This document shows, piece after piece, positions 1 to 8,070 of a stretch of DNA of 64,000 nucleotides. The notes below the pieces were generated by a model, which did no database searches, had not been told where the DNA came from, and saw nothing but the letters and a program-made list of their open reading frames with translations. The DNA is from a virus. The stretch lies in the IMG/VR virus record IMGVR_UViG_3300037993_001242, positions 135,099-199,098 of that record; one strand, 5' to 3'. The translations under genes and the position numbers were made by a program. Numbering within the stretch: position 1 is the first letter of the stretch; every line of letters starts with the position of its first letter.

Positions 1-1986
1 GGCGGCACCACACAGGCAGACTCGGCCAGCTTGACCGCGCCGGGCCAGTTGTCCCTCAGCATGGCCGGTGTGCTCCAGCCCGCCAATTACCGCGTCAGCG
101 TCTTAACCGTGCCTTGTCCGACCGTTGAAATCGCAGGCGCTCAAAACATCACCAACACATCAGGTACCCTCGGCGGAGCGACGTTCGAGATCAACGTACC
201 TTCCGGTTCAATCGCCAGCAAACAGTACCTTGTGGAAGACGGCGATGGCATCGTCTACAGCGGACAGACTTATGCGGCGGGAGATATTTTCTCCGGTGTT
301 TCTGGCACTTCCACTTACACCCAAGCCGGATCATTGACCTCGTCCATCCGGCAGTACGCCATCAACTTTCAACTGGCTCTTACTCCCGGCCCTTGGAAAG
401 CCACCGTCGCCTACACCGACCTGTCCGGCTTTTCCACGGGCTTTGGCATCAAAGCCCAATACGCCGCCAACGGAGCCAACACGGTCAACGTTATTCAGGA
501 CATCGTTCCCGAACCGTTCAGCGGCGTGCCGGGCACAGTTATCGAAACGGCTCCCGCAGGTTTTGATGTGGATAATACCGGCGCTTTCTCCTTCCCGGTA
601 TTCTGGACATACGGCACCGGCCAGTTGCACGTGCGCAGGATCATCTTTGAATCCGATACCACCACCGGCCATTACGAAGTTCAGGGCCAGTTCGGCAGCA
701 ATGCCCTCTCCTACGTGGATGTAACCGGCACCGCCTTCCAGCCGGATGTCATGCGCTTTGAATTCAATTCCACCAACAGCATCAATTTGCTCACGTTCAA
801 CGCCAACTGGACTGCCGAAGCTCAGATGCCGATCAAGTTCAAACAAATTCAGATTCAGACCGTTGGCACCTATACCCCCACGCCGGTAGCTGACGAATTT
901 TTTGGCTGGCGGCAGGAATGTGTCGACCGGGCCGAGCGGGTCATCCAGCAAGACTACGCGACGGCAGTGGCTGCTTTTGGCACCAACCTGCCGACCTTCC
1001 GCGATTCCGGTTCAAAGTGGAGTCCAGACGCCACCGAAAACTGGATGTCCTTCATTGAAACCACGCACCCCCGGCTCCGCGAAGTGCCAAACATTGACAA
1101 CACGCTGGGCATTGTTGACGGGCGGCAATACGAAGTCGTATCCGGGCCAGTTCTTTACGGAACAAACACTTACACAGTCGGCGAAACCTTTTTCGGCGAC
1201 ACCAATATCGACACCGCCTATACCGGTGGCAACGTGAAACAGGTTGGTGCATTCGTCAAATCCCTGCCCGGACACATCGGCAAACACGCGCTGATTCCGT
1301 ATGGTCTCGCGTACAACGGCAACGGCACGGTTACCTCCTACTACGATACCGACAAATCCGTGCCGGTGGTTGTGTCCTGCATTCCTTGGATGATCGATCA
1401 AGGCATTTACGTGGCCCAATCGGAATTCTGGACACCCGACTACATCATTGAAGCGCAAAGCGCCGCCCAGTCTAAAAAGTTGATTGCTCAAGCTGAAGCA
1501 GCCGTCACTCCCAGCGGAACCACTCCGACGGGATACAACTGCCAAGGCAATCCTTCGGATATTCACGACTTGATCTGGACAGGCGGCCCCTATGCCGCCG
1601 GAGTAACCATTTCCGGCACGGGCACGACCGTAAACGGTATCGTCGCGAACACCACTGGCAACAAAACGCTGTTGGGCGACATCGTGACGACTGTCTGCAA
1701 TCCGACCAATGCCGACGTAAGCATCCTGTTTACTTTCTCCGGCAGCATGACTTTCAGCGCGGGCGCTGATCACCAAAATATCGGCACAGTGTTCATTAGC
1801 GACAACGGATTGGCCACCAGCCAAACCATCGCTTCTCAAGCCGCGTTTTCGACACTTCAAAACACCCCGGCATCATTGATCGCTCCGGCTTTGTCGTTGA
1901 CAACGTTTACCATCCGTTTCACGACGACCACCCACGGCCACCACAACACAGTCAACATCAACGGTGCCGTCACTCTGAGTATATGA
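1..1986 (+). CDS. Large T/G/S/N-rich protein, probably virion structural; 5' end lies outside the window
   Basis: Frame is open from base 1 to TGA at 1984-1986; beta-rich low-charge composition; heads an overlap-coupled plus-strand operon. Confidence 0.6.
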   Translation, partial: GGTTQADSASLTAPGQLSLSMAGVLQPANYRVSVLTVPCPTVEIAGAQNITNTSGTLGGATFEINVPSGSIASKQYLVEDGDGIVYSGQTYAAGDIFSGVSGTSTYTQAGSLTSSIRQYAINFQLALTPGPWKATVAYTDLSGFSTGFGIKAQYAANGANTVNVIQDIVPEPFSGVPGTVIETAPAGFDVDNTGAFSFPVFWTYGTGQLHVRRIIFESDTTTGHYEVQGQFGSNALSYVDVTGTAFQPDVMRFEFNSTNSINLLTFNANWTAEAQMPIKFKQIQIQTVGTYTPTPVADEFFGWRQECVDRAERVIQQDYATAVAAFGTNLPTFRDSGSKWSPDATENWMSFIETTHPRLREVPNIDNTLGIVDGRQYEVVSGPVLYGTNTYTVGETFFGDTNIDTAYTGGNVKQVGAFVKSLPGHIGKHALIPYGLAYNGNGTVTSYYDTDKSVPVVVSCIPWMIDQGIYVAQSEFWTPDYIIEAQSAAQSKKLIAQAEAAVTPSGTTPTGYNCQGNPSDIHDLIWTGGPYAAGVTISGTGTTVNGIVANTTGNKTLLGDIVTTVCNPTNADVSILFTFSGSMTFSAGADHQNIGTVFISDNGLATSQTIASQAAFSTLQNTPASLIAPALSLTTFTIRFTTTTHGHHNTVNINGAVTLSI

Positions 1987-2264
1987 ATGGCATGAATGAC
2001 GAATTCAGTCTGCTGCCCAGCGATCTGGACATGGCGCGTCTGGCGGGAATACCAGTCGATGGCCGGGTGGAAGCTGAAAATCAGACGTGGGTCTGCCTTC
2101 GTTACCCGACCAAACCCGCCAAAGGCTGGCAGTGGTGCGAATACTCCTTGATCGTCAACTGTCCTAACGTGCCTGCCCACGGGGGCACGTATGAGTTTAA
2201 GTGCTTGAAGGGTGTTGTCGCCTATTTACAACAATTGGAAAACGTACGAAAGGCCAACCATTGA
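1983..2264 (+). CDS. Hypothetical protein (93 aa)
   Basis: ATGA overlap with upstream gene and TTGA overlap with downstream gene. Confidence 0.7.
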   Translation: MNGMNDEFSLLPSDLDMARLAGIPVDGRVEAENQTWVCLRYPTKPAKGWQWCEYSLIVNCPNVPAHGGTYEFKCLKGVVAYLQQLENVRKANH

Positions 2265-2635
2265 AAGCCGCACAAATCGTAAACCAACTGCTGGAAGTTG
2301 GCCCGGATGAAATCAATCCGAAACGGGAAATGCTGCGCGTTGATCCGGCGGCGGACATCAAGGAAATCGTTCACGCCCTGCAAAACGAAGGCATTCTTAC
2401 GCTCGCGTACAAGAGGGCCGCCGACATCCTTAAACTTCACGTAAAACTGACCGAATGGACAACCGAAGAAAGGCTTGAAAACTGGCTACATGTGTTTTTA
2501 ACGGGACAACTGAATCTTCAAATTGACATCCACGGAATGACAACCAGAAATTTAGGCCCCGATTATAGTGGCACCGCGTATGAAGTCATGTTCCCGCTGA
2601 AAGGCCAACCCACGCCCTTTACAAAGTTGGTGTAG
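2261..2635 (+). CDS. LLE-leader / DPDE-family protein (124 aa, TTG start)
   Basis: Starts MKAAQIVNQLLEVGPDEINPK, matching the family at 15385-15989. Confidence 0.75.
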   Translation: MKAAQIVNQLLEVGPDEINPKREMLRVDPAADIKEIVHALQNEGILTLAYKRAADILKLHVKLTEWTTEERLENWLHVFLTGQLNLQIDIHGMTTRNLGPDYSGTAYEVMFPLKGQPTPFTKLV

Positions 2636-2639
2636 TTAA
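2633..2639 (+). promoter_or_regulatory. Candidate late promoter TAGTTAA
   Basis: Ends 3 nt before GTG 2643; same motif and spacing at other LLE-leader genes; its TAG is also the upstream stop. Confidence 0.45.
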
Positions 2640-2642
2640 AAC

Positions 2643-3755
2643 GTGATCGCTGAAACCATCGTCCGCGCTTTGCTGGAAGAAGTTGAAGACCAGCACCGCT
2701 TTGTGACCGTCGTCGTCCTGCGCAACCCGGACGACCCGGAAGTCCTGTTGGTGCAGCGCAAAAATCCGCCGGAAGCAGGCAAGTGGGGCGCGCCGGGCGG
2801 CCATGCCAATGAAGGCGAAGCGCTTACGGACGCAGCCAAGCGCGAACTTAAAGAAGAAACGGGTATTGAGGCCGCCCAACTTCATTACTTTGACCGCGTA
2901 TTCATCCCGGAACGGGATGCCTTCGACAACTTCTACTGGACGGTTGTAGACGATGACGCCAGTGCCCGCCGGGGTGACGATGCCAAACACGTCAAATGGA
3001 CGAAAGTGGCCGAGATCGGCGAACTGGCTTTCAACTGCCACGTACAGATCAAGGACGCGGCTGACCGGGCGTTCGCCATCGGCAAAATTGCCGAATCAAA
3101 AGCCGAGGGCAAGTATGGACGCAACGGCCTGCTGATCGTTTTCGAGGGCATCGACGGCGCGGGCAAAACCACGCAGGTCAGGAAACTGACCGGCTGGCTC
3201 GCCGAACGCGGCTACAAGGTCAAGACCACCAAATGGAATTCATCGGAAATCCTCAACGGCGCGCTGTACAAAGCCAAAAAGCACAAGGAACTTTCGCCCA
3301 TCCTGTTCAGCCTGCTCCACGCTGCCGACCTCACGTGGCGCTACGAGAACATCGTCCGGCCCGCCCTCGACAAAGGCAAAGTCGTAATCTGCGACCGCTA
3401 CTATTACACCAGTTACGTCCGTGACAGCCTGCGCGGCGTCAACGATGCGATCCTCGATTACATTTACGAGGACTGGCGCAAACCCGACGTGGTCTTTTAC
3501 TGCAAGGTTCCCATTCGCACAGCGGTCGAGCGCTTGCTGCGCGAAAAAGGCGTGTATTACTACAGCGCCGGGCGGGACATCGGCTACAAAGGCAGCAAAG
3601 AGGAGTGTGCCATGCAATACGAGGAGGACATGGAAAAGGTGTACAAGCGCCTTTTTGCCAAAGAACCCAGTGTGTCTGAGATTAGTACCGAACGCCCGAT
3701 CAGCGAAATAGCTGATGAAATCAAGGCTATTTTGAAGAAAAAGTTCGATGTTTAA
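2643..3755 (+). CDS. Nudix hydrolase - thymidylate kinase fusion
   Basis: Nudix box GGHANEGEALTDAAKRELKEETGI; dTMP kinase motifs LIVFEGIDGAGKTTQ and VICDRYYYTS. Confidence 0.9.
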   Translation: MIAETIVRALLEEVEDQHRFVTVVVLRNPDDPEVLLVQRKNPPEAGKWGAPGGHANEGEALTDAAKRELKEETGIEAAQLHYFDRVFIPERDAFDNFYWTVVDDDASARRGDDAKHVKWTKVAEIGELAFNCHVQIKDAADRAFAIGKIAESKAEGKYGRNGLLIVFEGIDGAGKTTQVRKLTGWLAERGYKVKTTKWNSSEILNGALYKAKKHKELSPILFSLLHAADLTWRYENIVRPALDKGKVVICDRYYYTSYVRDSLRGVNDAILDYIYEDWRKPDVVFYCKVPIRTAVERLLREKGVYYYSAGRDIGYKGSKEECAMQYEEDMEKVYKRLFAKEPSVSEISTERPISEIADEIKAILKKKFDV

Positions 3756-3810
3756 CTTTGTTAAAATTAGTTGTTGACAACCTTCCTGACTTATGGTTTA
3801 TTTGGCGCAC

Positions 3811-4203
3811 ATGAAAGATACATAGGTTTCAAACGGTTCCTGTCTCCGGCTCTACGCGCTCGTGCGCACGGATGCAGGCATGTCTCCCGGCAAGACAGCT
3901 TCACAGGCCGGTCACGCTTACCTCGGAGCGTTCATCGAGGCTTCCCGCAAAACTCCTGACGCCGTTGCTGTCTACAGCAGCGAGCATCCCACGCCCGGCA
4001 CCAAGGTCTGTCTCAAAGGCAACCTGAACACCCTCCGGCGCGCTCAGGAAGAAGCCCAGAAGGCGGGTATTCCCCACTGCTTGATCATTGACTCAGGCTG
4101 CAAAAATTTCTTCAATGGTGAGCCGACCGTCACGGCGCTCGGATTTGGCCCGGCCACTGAAGAACAACTCACACCGTTTTTAAGGAGACTTCAAGTTTTA
4201 TGA
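3811..4203 (+). CDS. pth2: Peptidyl-tRNA hydrolase, PTH2 family, with in-frame TAG at 3823-3825
   Basis: LYALVRTDAGMSPGKTASQAGHAY, TKVCLK, IIDSG and TVTALGFGP motifs; ATG 3811 is in frame and no ATG/GTG/TTG lies between the TAG and GTG 3862. Confidence 0.8.
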
Positions 4204-4210
4204 ACAATTT

Positions 4211-4356
4211 GAGCAAGTGGCAGAATGGGACAATGCAGACCACGGAGAAAACTACGGCTAACAACCGAGACGGCGAAAGTATACGCGTGAAATCGCTGGA
4301 ACAACGTGAAATCCTAACCGTGCGACTTGGTGGTTCGACTCCACCCTTGCTCACCA
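4211..4356 (+). tRNA. tRNA-like RNA 1 with about 65 extra nt in the anticodon arm
   Basis: Acceptor GAGCAAG/CTTGCTC plus A-CCA; D arm GCA-GAATGGGACAA-TGC; T arm GGTGG-TTCGACT-CCACC; helix CACGG/CCGTG encloses 72 nt. Confidence 0.8.
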
Positions 4357-4362
4357 ATTTAC

Positions 4363-4501
4363 GGGGTGCATTACACACAGAGGAAACTGGCCCTTGGGGT
4401 AAAAGCGCAGACCAGAGAGAACGTGTGGGAAGTAGCATTATGGCAATGCCGCAGTACGCAAGTGCTGTGCTAAGTGGGTTCGATCCCCACCCACCCCGCC
4501 A
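4363..4501 (+). tRNA. tRNA-like RNA 2 with a 63-nt insert in the acceptor strand and a GCAA tetraloop instead of an anticodon loop
   Basis: GGGGTG[insert 4369-4431]G pairs with CCACCCC, then G-CCA; D arm GCATT/AATGC; T arm GTGGG-TTCGATC-CCCAC. Confidence 0.7.
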
Positions 4502-4508
4502 ATTTAAT

Positions 4509-4588
4509 GCGGAGGTAGCTCAGTTGGCAGAGCGCGTGGAGCCTTCACAGGTTTCACGAGGTCGGACGTTCGATCCGTTCCCTCCGCG
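4509..4588 (+). tRNA. tRNA-like RNA 3 with an extended 9-10 bp anticodon stem; loop contains TCA
   Basis: Acceptor GCGGAGG/CCTCCGC; D arm GCTC-AGTTGGCA-GAGC; variable loop AGGTC; T arm GGACG-TTCGATC-CGTTC; no encoded CCA. Confidence 0.8.
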
Positions 4589-4601
4589 ACACTTACAAAC
4601 A

Positions 4602-5093
4602 TCACAACAGTCCGAGACTTTTATTTGTGACAGCCATCTTACCAAATATGCGCACAGATTCCTCGTCAAAGACAGCCGCAGCTTCCTGCGGCGTTGCATG
4701 GTATCCAAAATTTTTACGGCCATTGTTGATATAGATCACAGCGCGCCAAGGCCGTTTGCGATTTCCACGAGGATCAAGTTCAACACCTTTGAAGAAACTC
4801 TTACTGCTGCGCACAACCAGACATTGTCGCCTACTCTTGAGATTGCAGCGCATGTGACTAAAACCAACGTTGTTGAGATCGAAAAACAGTTCGATGGCGT
4901 TTGGTTCGTGCAGCCACGGTTTAACATGATCAATCGTAAAATCATTCACGGAAGCAATCAATTTTCCACAGCGTATACATGTAGCCATACCGGCTTTTAC
5001 TGCCAGCATATAAAGCAACATTTTCCGCAAACGATTACTGGCCGTACCAACTGACATGCCCAACTGCCTTGATTTTTCAGCATTTTTATCCAT
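4602..5093 (-). CDS. HNH endonuclease with C-terminal AP2 DNA-binding domain
   Basis: CIRCG...IDHVKP...SHMRCN HNH core; FKGVE...PWRAVIY...FGYHATPQEAAAVFDE AP2 pattern. Confidence 0.85.
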   Translation of the reverse strand: MDKNAEKSRQLGMSVGTASNRLRKMLLYMLAVKAGMATCIRCGKLIASVNDFTIDHVKPWLHEPNAIELFFDLNNVGFSHMRCNLKSRRQCLVVRSSKSFFKGVELDPRGNRKRPWRAVIYINNGRKNFGYHATPQEAAAVFDEESVRIFGKMAVTNKSLGLL

Positions 5094-5117
5094 ATAACAA
5101 AGAACAAAACAAAACCT

Positions 5118-5438
5118 ATGAAATTCACATCCAAAGACGAATACTTACGCTGGCGTTCCGAGTGGAAAGCCAATTACCAAACCCTCAGCCAGCAAATCCG
5201 AGACGTTAAATTCGCCCGGTGGTTCGAGGATTCACGGCGCGGCGGTGTCAAGATGAACGCGGCGCAGACCCAGCGCTACGAGGCCATCGCCAAAGCGCAC
5301 AAGACCCAGTGGGGCTTCTTCCCCAACCATGCGCTCAAACAGCTTCGGGACAAGGCCACAGCCCTGCTCGCCGAGCGCGTTGCCTCGAAGATCGCGGCGC
5401 AAGAGTGCTATCAGGCTCGCCAACTGCACCCGGCCTGA
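5118..5438 (+). CDS. Hypothetical protein (106 aa)
   Basis: ATG after an A-rich leader; fills the gap between flanking genes. Confidence 0.7.
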   Translation: MKFTSKDEYLRWRSEWKANYQTLSQQIRDVKFARWFEDSRRGGVKMNAAQTQRYEAIAKAHKTQWGFFPNHALKQLRDKATALLAERVASKIAAQECYQARQLHPA

Positions 5439-6692
5439 TCAGACGTGCAGAAACGTACGGCTGCCCGGCGGCTTGACCGCGTCATGGGCAGCCGTGTTGT
5501 ATTCAAGTGCGTGACGCGGTAACTCAAATTCAAATCCGCGATTCACCGCCGCTTGATTATCAAACGACAGTTGCACCCAAGTCACAGGGCCGTTGGGTTT
5601 TAGACCAAACTGATTAAGCGCCTTATTGACCTTGATTTTGGCTCCCCGTGCTGTGGCGTAAACATGGCCGTATACACGCCATTTATTTTCGTGGCGACAG
5701 ACGCCGATAGCGCGCAACCCAACACTGTCCATAGCCCACATGAGCTTGTCGACTCTGGCCTTGGTCTCGAATGTGGTTTTAATAAATTGACGCGGATCAA
5801 CGGCGTCAGGGTCTAAAGTTTCAGTCACGCGTTTGTTTGTTTCCAGCCACAACGCCATGGCTACATCCATGGCTGTACTATATGTTTTACCTTTGAAAAT
5901 TTTTGTTGGAACGCCCGTAGCGTCAATAACCCGCCATTTACCAGACTTGTTCAGACCTATTTTACCAAGGCCATTATTCCAGAGTGCATGTTCATCGGTT
6001 AAGACCGCGTACCAGTCAGCATATTTAGCAAACCTGAAATCTGGCGTTGTTAGGGTGTACGCCTTGGGATCAACGGCATCTGGATCAAGTGCCTCTTTGA
6101 TGCTGAATTCAGCTATCAATTGATCAAGGCGCACTCCCAGCAATGCGCGCTCAACGTATTTGGAACTTGTAAGCTCCCATCTGCCATTCTCACTTGTGTA
6201 CACTTGCACAGTAAGTTCATCGAGCGGCTCCCCCGCACCGAAATGGCTGTGGTTGGGCCAGACAATCAACTGATAATTGCCTATGTTTTTAAAGTAGAAA
6301 CCCGGAGAATCTTGTCTCGATGCTTCCAGCGCAAATCCGCGTTCACCCAGCGTCTTCAGCCAGTTAAAGGTGCTGCGCGCATAATGACGAGGATCAACAT
6401 CGTCAGGATCAGCTTCACGCAGCGCCATCAGCTTGTGTATACGCTGGGCGGCTGCCTCAGCAAATTGAGCGTGCCGGACGCGAATGGTGGTGATGGCGTA
6501 GCCCTGCTTACGTGCCTCCTGCCGGGCCTGTATGGACGCCTTGCCCTTGTTTTCAGCGTGGCCCGTGGCCAGCGCGTGGGTTTCGTCGGGCAGCGGCAGC
6601 AGCGACCAATACCAGATGTGGCTCCCGTTTATTGGAGCGGGCCGGTATTCAAGGGCGGCATACCTGCGTTGAAACAAGGCGTTAGCGTTCAC
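5439..6692 (-). CDS. DPDE-linker multi-module protein (417 aa, three linkers)
   Basis: LREADPDDVDPR, IKEALDPDAVDPK, VTETLDPDAVDPR. Confidence 0.85.
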   Translation of the reverse strand: MNANALFQRRYAALEYRPAPINGSHIWYWSLLPLPDETHALATGHAENKGKASIQARQEARKQGYAITTIRVRHAQFAEAAAQRIHKLMALREADPDDVDPRHYARSTFNWLKTLGERGFALEASRQDSPGFYFKNIGNYQLIVWPNHSHFGAGEPLDELTVQVYTSENGRWELTSSKYVERALLGVRLDQLIAEFSIKEALDPDAVDPKAYTLTTPDFRFAKYADWYAVLTDEHALWNNGLGKIGLNKSGKWRVIDATGVPTKIFKGKTYSTAMDVAMALWLETNKRVTETLDPDAVDPRQFIKTTFETKARVDKLMWAMDSVGLRAIGVCRHENKWRVYGHVYATARGAKIKVNKALNQFGLKPNGPVTWVQLSFDNQAAVNRGFEFELPRHALEYNTAAHDAVKPPGSRTFLHV

Positions 6693-6695
6693 ACG

Positions 6696-6702
6696 CTAAC
6701 TA
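6696..6702 (-). promoter_or_regulatory. Candidate late promoter TAGTTAG
   Basis: 3 nt before GTG 6692; independent of the upstream stop at 6707. Confidence 0.5.
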
Positions 6703-6706
6703 CCGC

Positions 6707-6922
6707 CTACAATAAGGTGCCCGCTGATGGCAAAATACCATCAGCGGGCAGTGAAAACAGTCTCTCCAGCTTAATCGACGGACGGTAAGCAATCTTCCGT
6801 TTGTCCGCCATGAACCGCTTGATCTGGACGTGGACGTACTTCGCAAACCGAGCCGCCCAGTAGCGGATCGTTGCCTCGTACACGAACTCGGTTACGAAAA
6901 TACGTACAAACCAAACGAACAT
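6707..6922 (-). CDS. Hypothetical protein (71 aa), probably leaderless
   Basis: ATG 6 nt after a sigma70-like -10 element. Confidence 0.55.
   Translation of the reverse strand: MFVWFVRIFVTEFVYEATIRYWAARFAKYVHVQIKRFMADKRKIAYRPSIKLERLFSLPADGILPSAGTLL
6718..6750 (-). terminator. 13-bp perfect inverted repeat, probable terminator
   Basis: TGCCCGCTGATGG-CAAAATA-CCATCAGCGGGCA just upstream of the candidate late promoter; weak U-tract. Confidence 0.55.
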
Positions 6923-6928
6923 GCCTAA

Positions 6929-6956
6929 ACTGTATACCGCGCTTTAAATTCGTCAA
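6929..6956 (-). promoter_or_regulatory. Sigma70-like promoter TTGACG-N16-TACAGT
   Basis: -35/-10 pair with GTATAC overlapping the -10; ATG 6 nt downstream. Confidence 0.6.
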
Positions 6957-6964
6957 CATAAAAA

Positions 6965-7180
6965 TTAAACGTCATTTTTCAGCCTGATGTGCTTAGTTTC
7001 GATGTCGAGCACGAGCGCTTCGACACGTTGAGCCAATTGTTCGGGCGGGCATTTGAGTTTTTCGGCCAGATGTTGCACCAGCACACGGTTAGTGACCATG
7101 CGCTGGTATTGTTTCCTGAGCCTACGTTTCCACTTCAGCCGTCGTTTTCGGGTAGACCAGATTCTGAGGACAATTATCAT
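6965..7180 (-). CDS. Hypothetical protein (71 aa)
   Basis: ATGA overlap with the Toprim gene. Confidence 0.6.
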   Translation of the reverse strand: MIIVLRIWSTRKRRLKWKRRLRKQYQRMVTNRVLVQHLAEKLKCPPEQLAQRVEALVLDIETKHIRLKNDV

Positions 7181-8070
7181 TTCTTTTTCTGATTGTCCGC
7201 ACGCAAGGACGCAACCGCCGTCCGTAGGAGTTTCTTGTCCTCTTCCTCTTTGGCTTTAACATCGTCCATTTTGTCTTCGTCCAAAACGTGACTGAACGCC
7301 TCGCGGATCACCTGTCCAAGAACTTCCGGCGGCAAGGCGTCAACTTCCCACGACTCATTGCCGTGCCGACCAACGTACGCCAAAGCCCGGCTGTCGCTCA
7401 TTTTGGCCGGGTTGGGCGGCGGGTTATACTCCTCGATCTGCTCCATCGTCAGGGCCAGCTTTTGCACCATCACTTCCGACCCAAACATGTGCAACCGCTC
7501 ACGGATGTCGCGCACCATATCCTCACCGGAGGGGTCGTGATCACCGAGGTAAAACAAAATGGAAGTCTGGCCGTTATTTTCGTGGCGGATCATTCGCTGC
7601 GCCGCCTCGTACAGGGCGCTCTGACTGGAATAGCCCTTGTTGACCATCATCGTGACGTGAAACTCGTTGGCAAGGGGCAGCAGCACGCCGGAAAGGGCAT
7701 CCTTCTCGACCCAAAGCTCAACATAGTGCTGCTGGCCCGCCCACCGGGGCAGCCGAAATGAGTGGAAAGCGGCGTCCAGCAATTCATCCAAATCCTCGAA
7801 TTCCGGCGGGGATTTGGGCACCCGGACGCGATCCTCAATAGCGTCCCAGTCAATCAGCCCGGCCAGCCGGGCGTCACTGATCAGCTTGCCGAGGTTTTTG
7901 TAGGACTTTTCCTCGTTGGTGATCAGGTTGGCGATGACATGCTGGTAATAAAGCTGGCGCAACGTCAGCTTGAGACCTTGGGCCTGATACCGGACAATAA
8001 TTTCATTGGCGACGCGAACGCGTTCGCGTTTTTCGTCGCTCCAGCGGCTTTCTACGAATGCTTGTTTCAT
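7177..8070 (-). CDS. Topoisomerase VI subunit A-like Toprim protein
   Basis: LTLRQLYY winged-helix segment; ELWVEKDAL; YLGDHDPSG (DxD); WEVDAL. Confidence 0.8.
   Translation of the reverse strand: MKQAFVESRWSDEKRERVRVANEIIVRYQAQGLKLTLRQLYYQHVIANLITNEEKSYKNLGKLISDARLAGLIDWDAIEDRVRVPKSPPEFEDLDELLDAAFHSFRLPRWAGQQHYVELWVEKDALSGVLLPLANEFHVTMMVNKGYSSQSALYEAAQRMIRHENNGQTSILFYLGDHDPSGEDMVRDIRERLHMFGSEVMVQKLALTMEQIEEYNPPPNPAKMSDSRALAYVGRHGNESWEVDALPPEVLGQVIREAFSHVLDEDKMDDVKAKEEEDKKLLRTAVASLRADNQKKK

Noticed and set aside
4211-4356. tmRNA assignment for tRNA-like RNA 1
   Set aside because: No G3-U70 alanine identity pair, it has a true D stem, and 146 nt leaves no room for pseudoknots and a tag frame.
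4509-4588. Selenocysteine tRNA
   Set aside because: Only a 5-nt variable loop and a normal 7/5 acceptor-T layout; no sel genes in the window.
4200-5054. 284-aa plus-strand ORF
   Set aside because: Runs across three tRNA-like RNAs and antisense to the HNH-AP2 gene, with no protein motif; a chance open frame.
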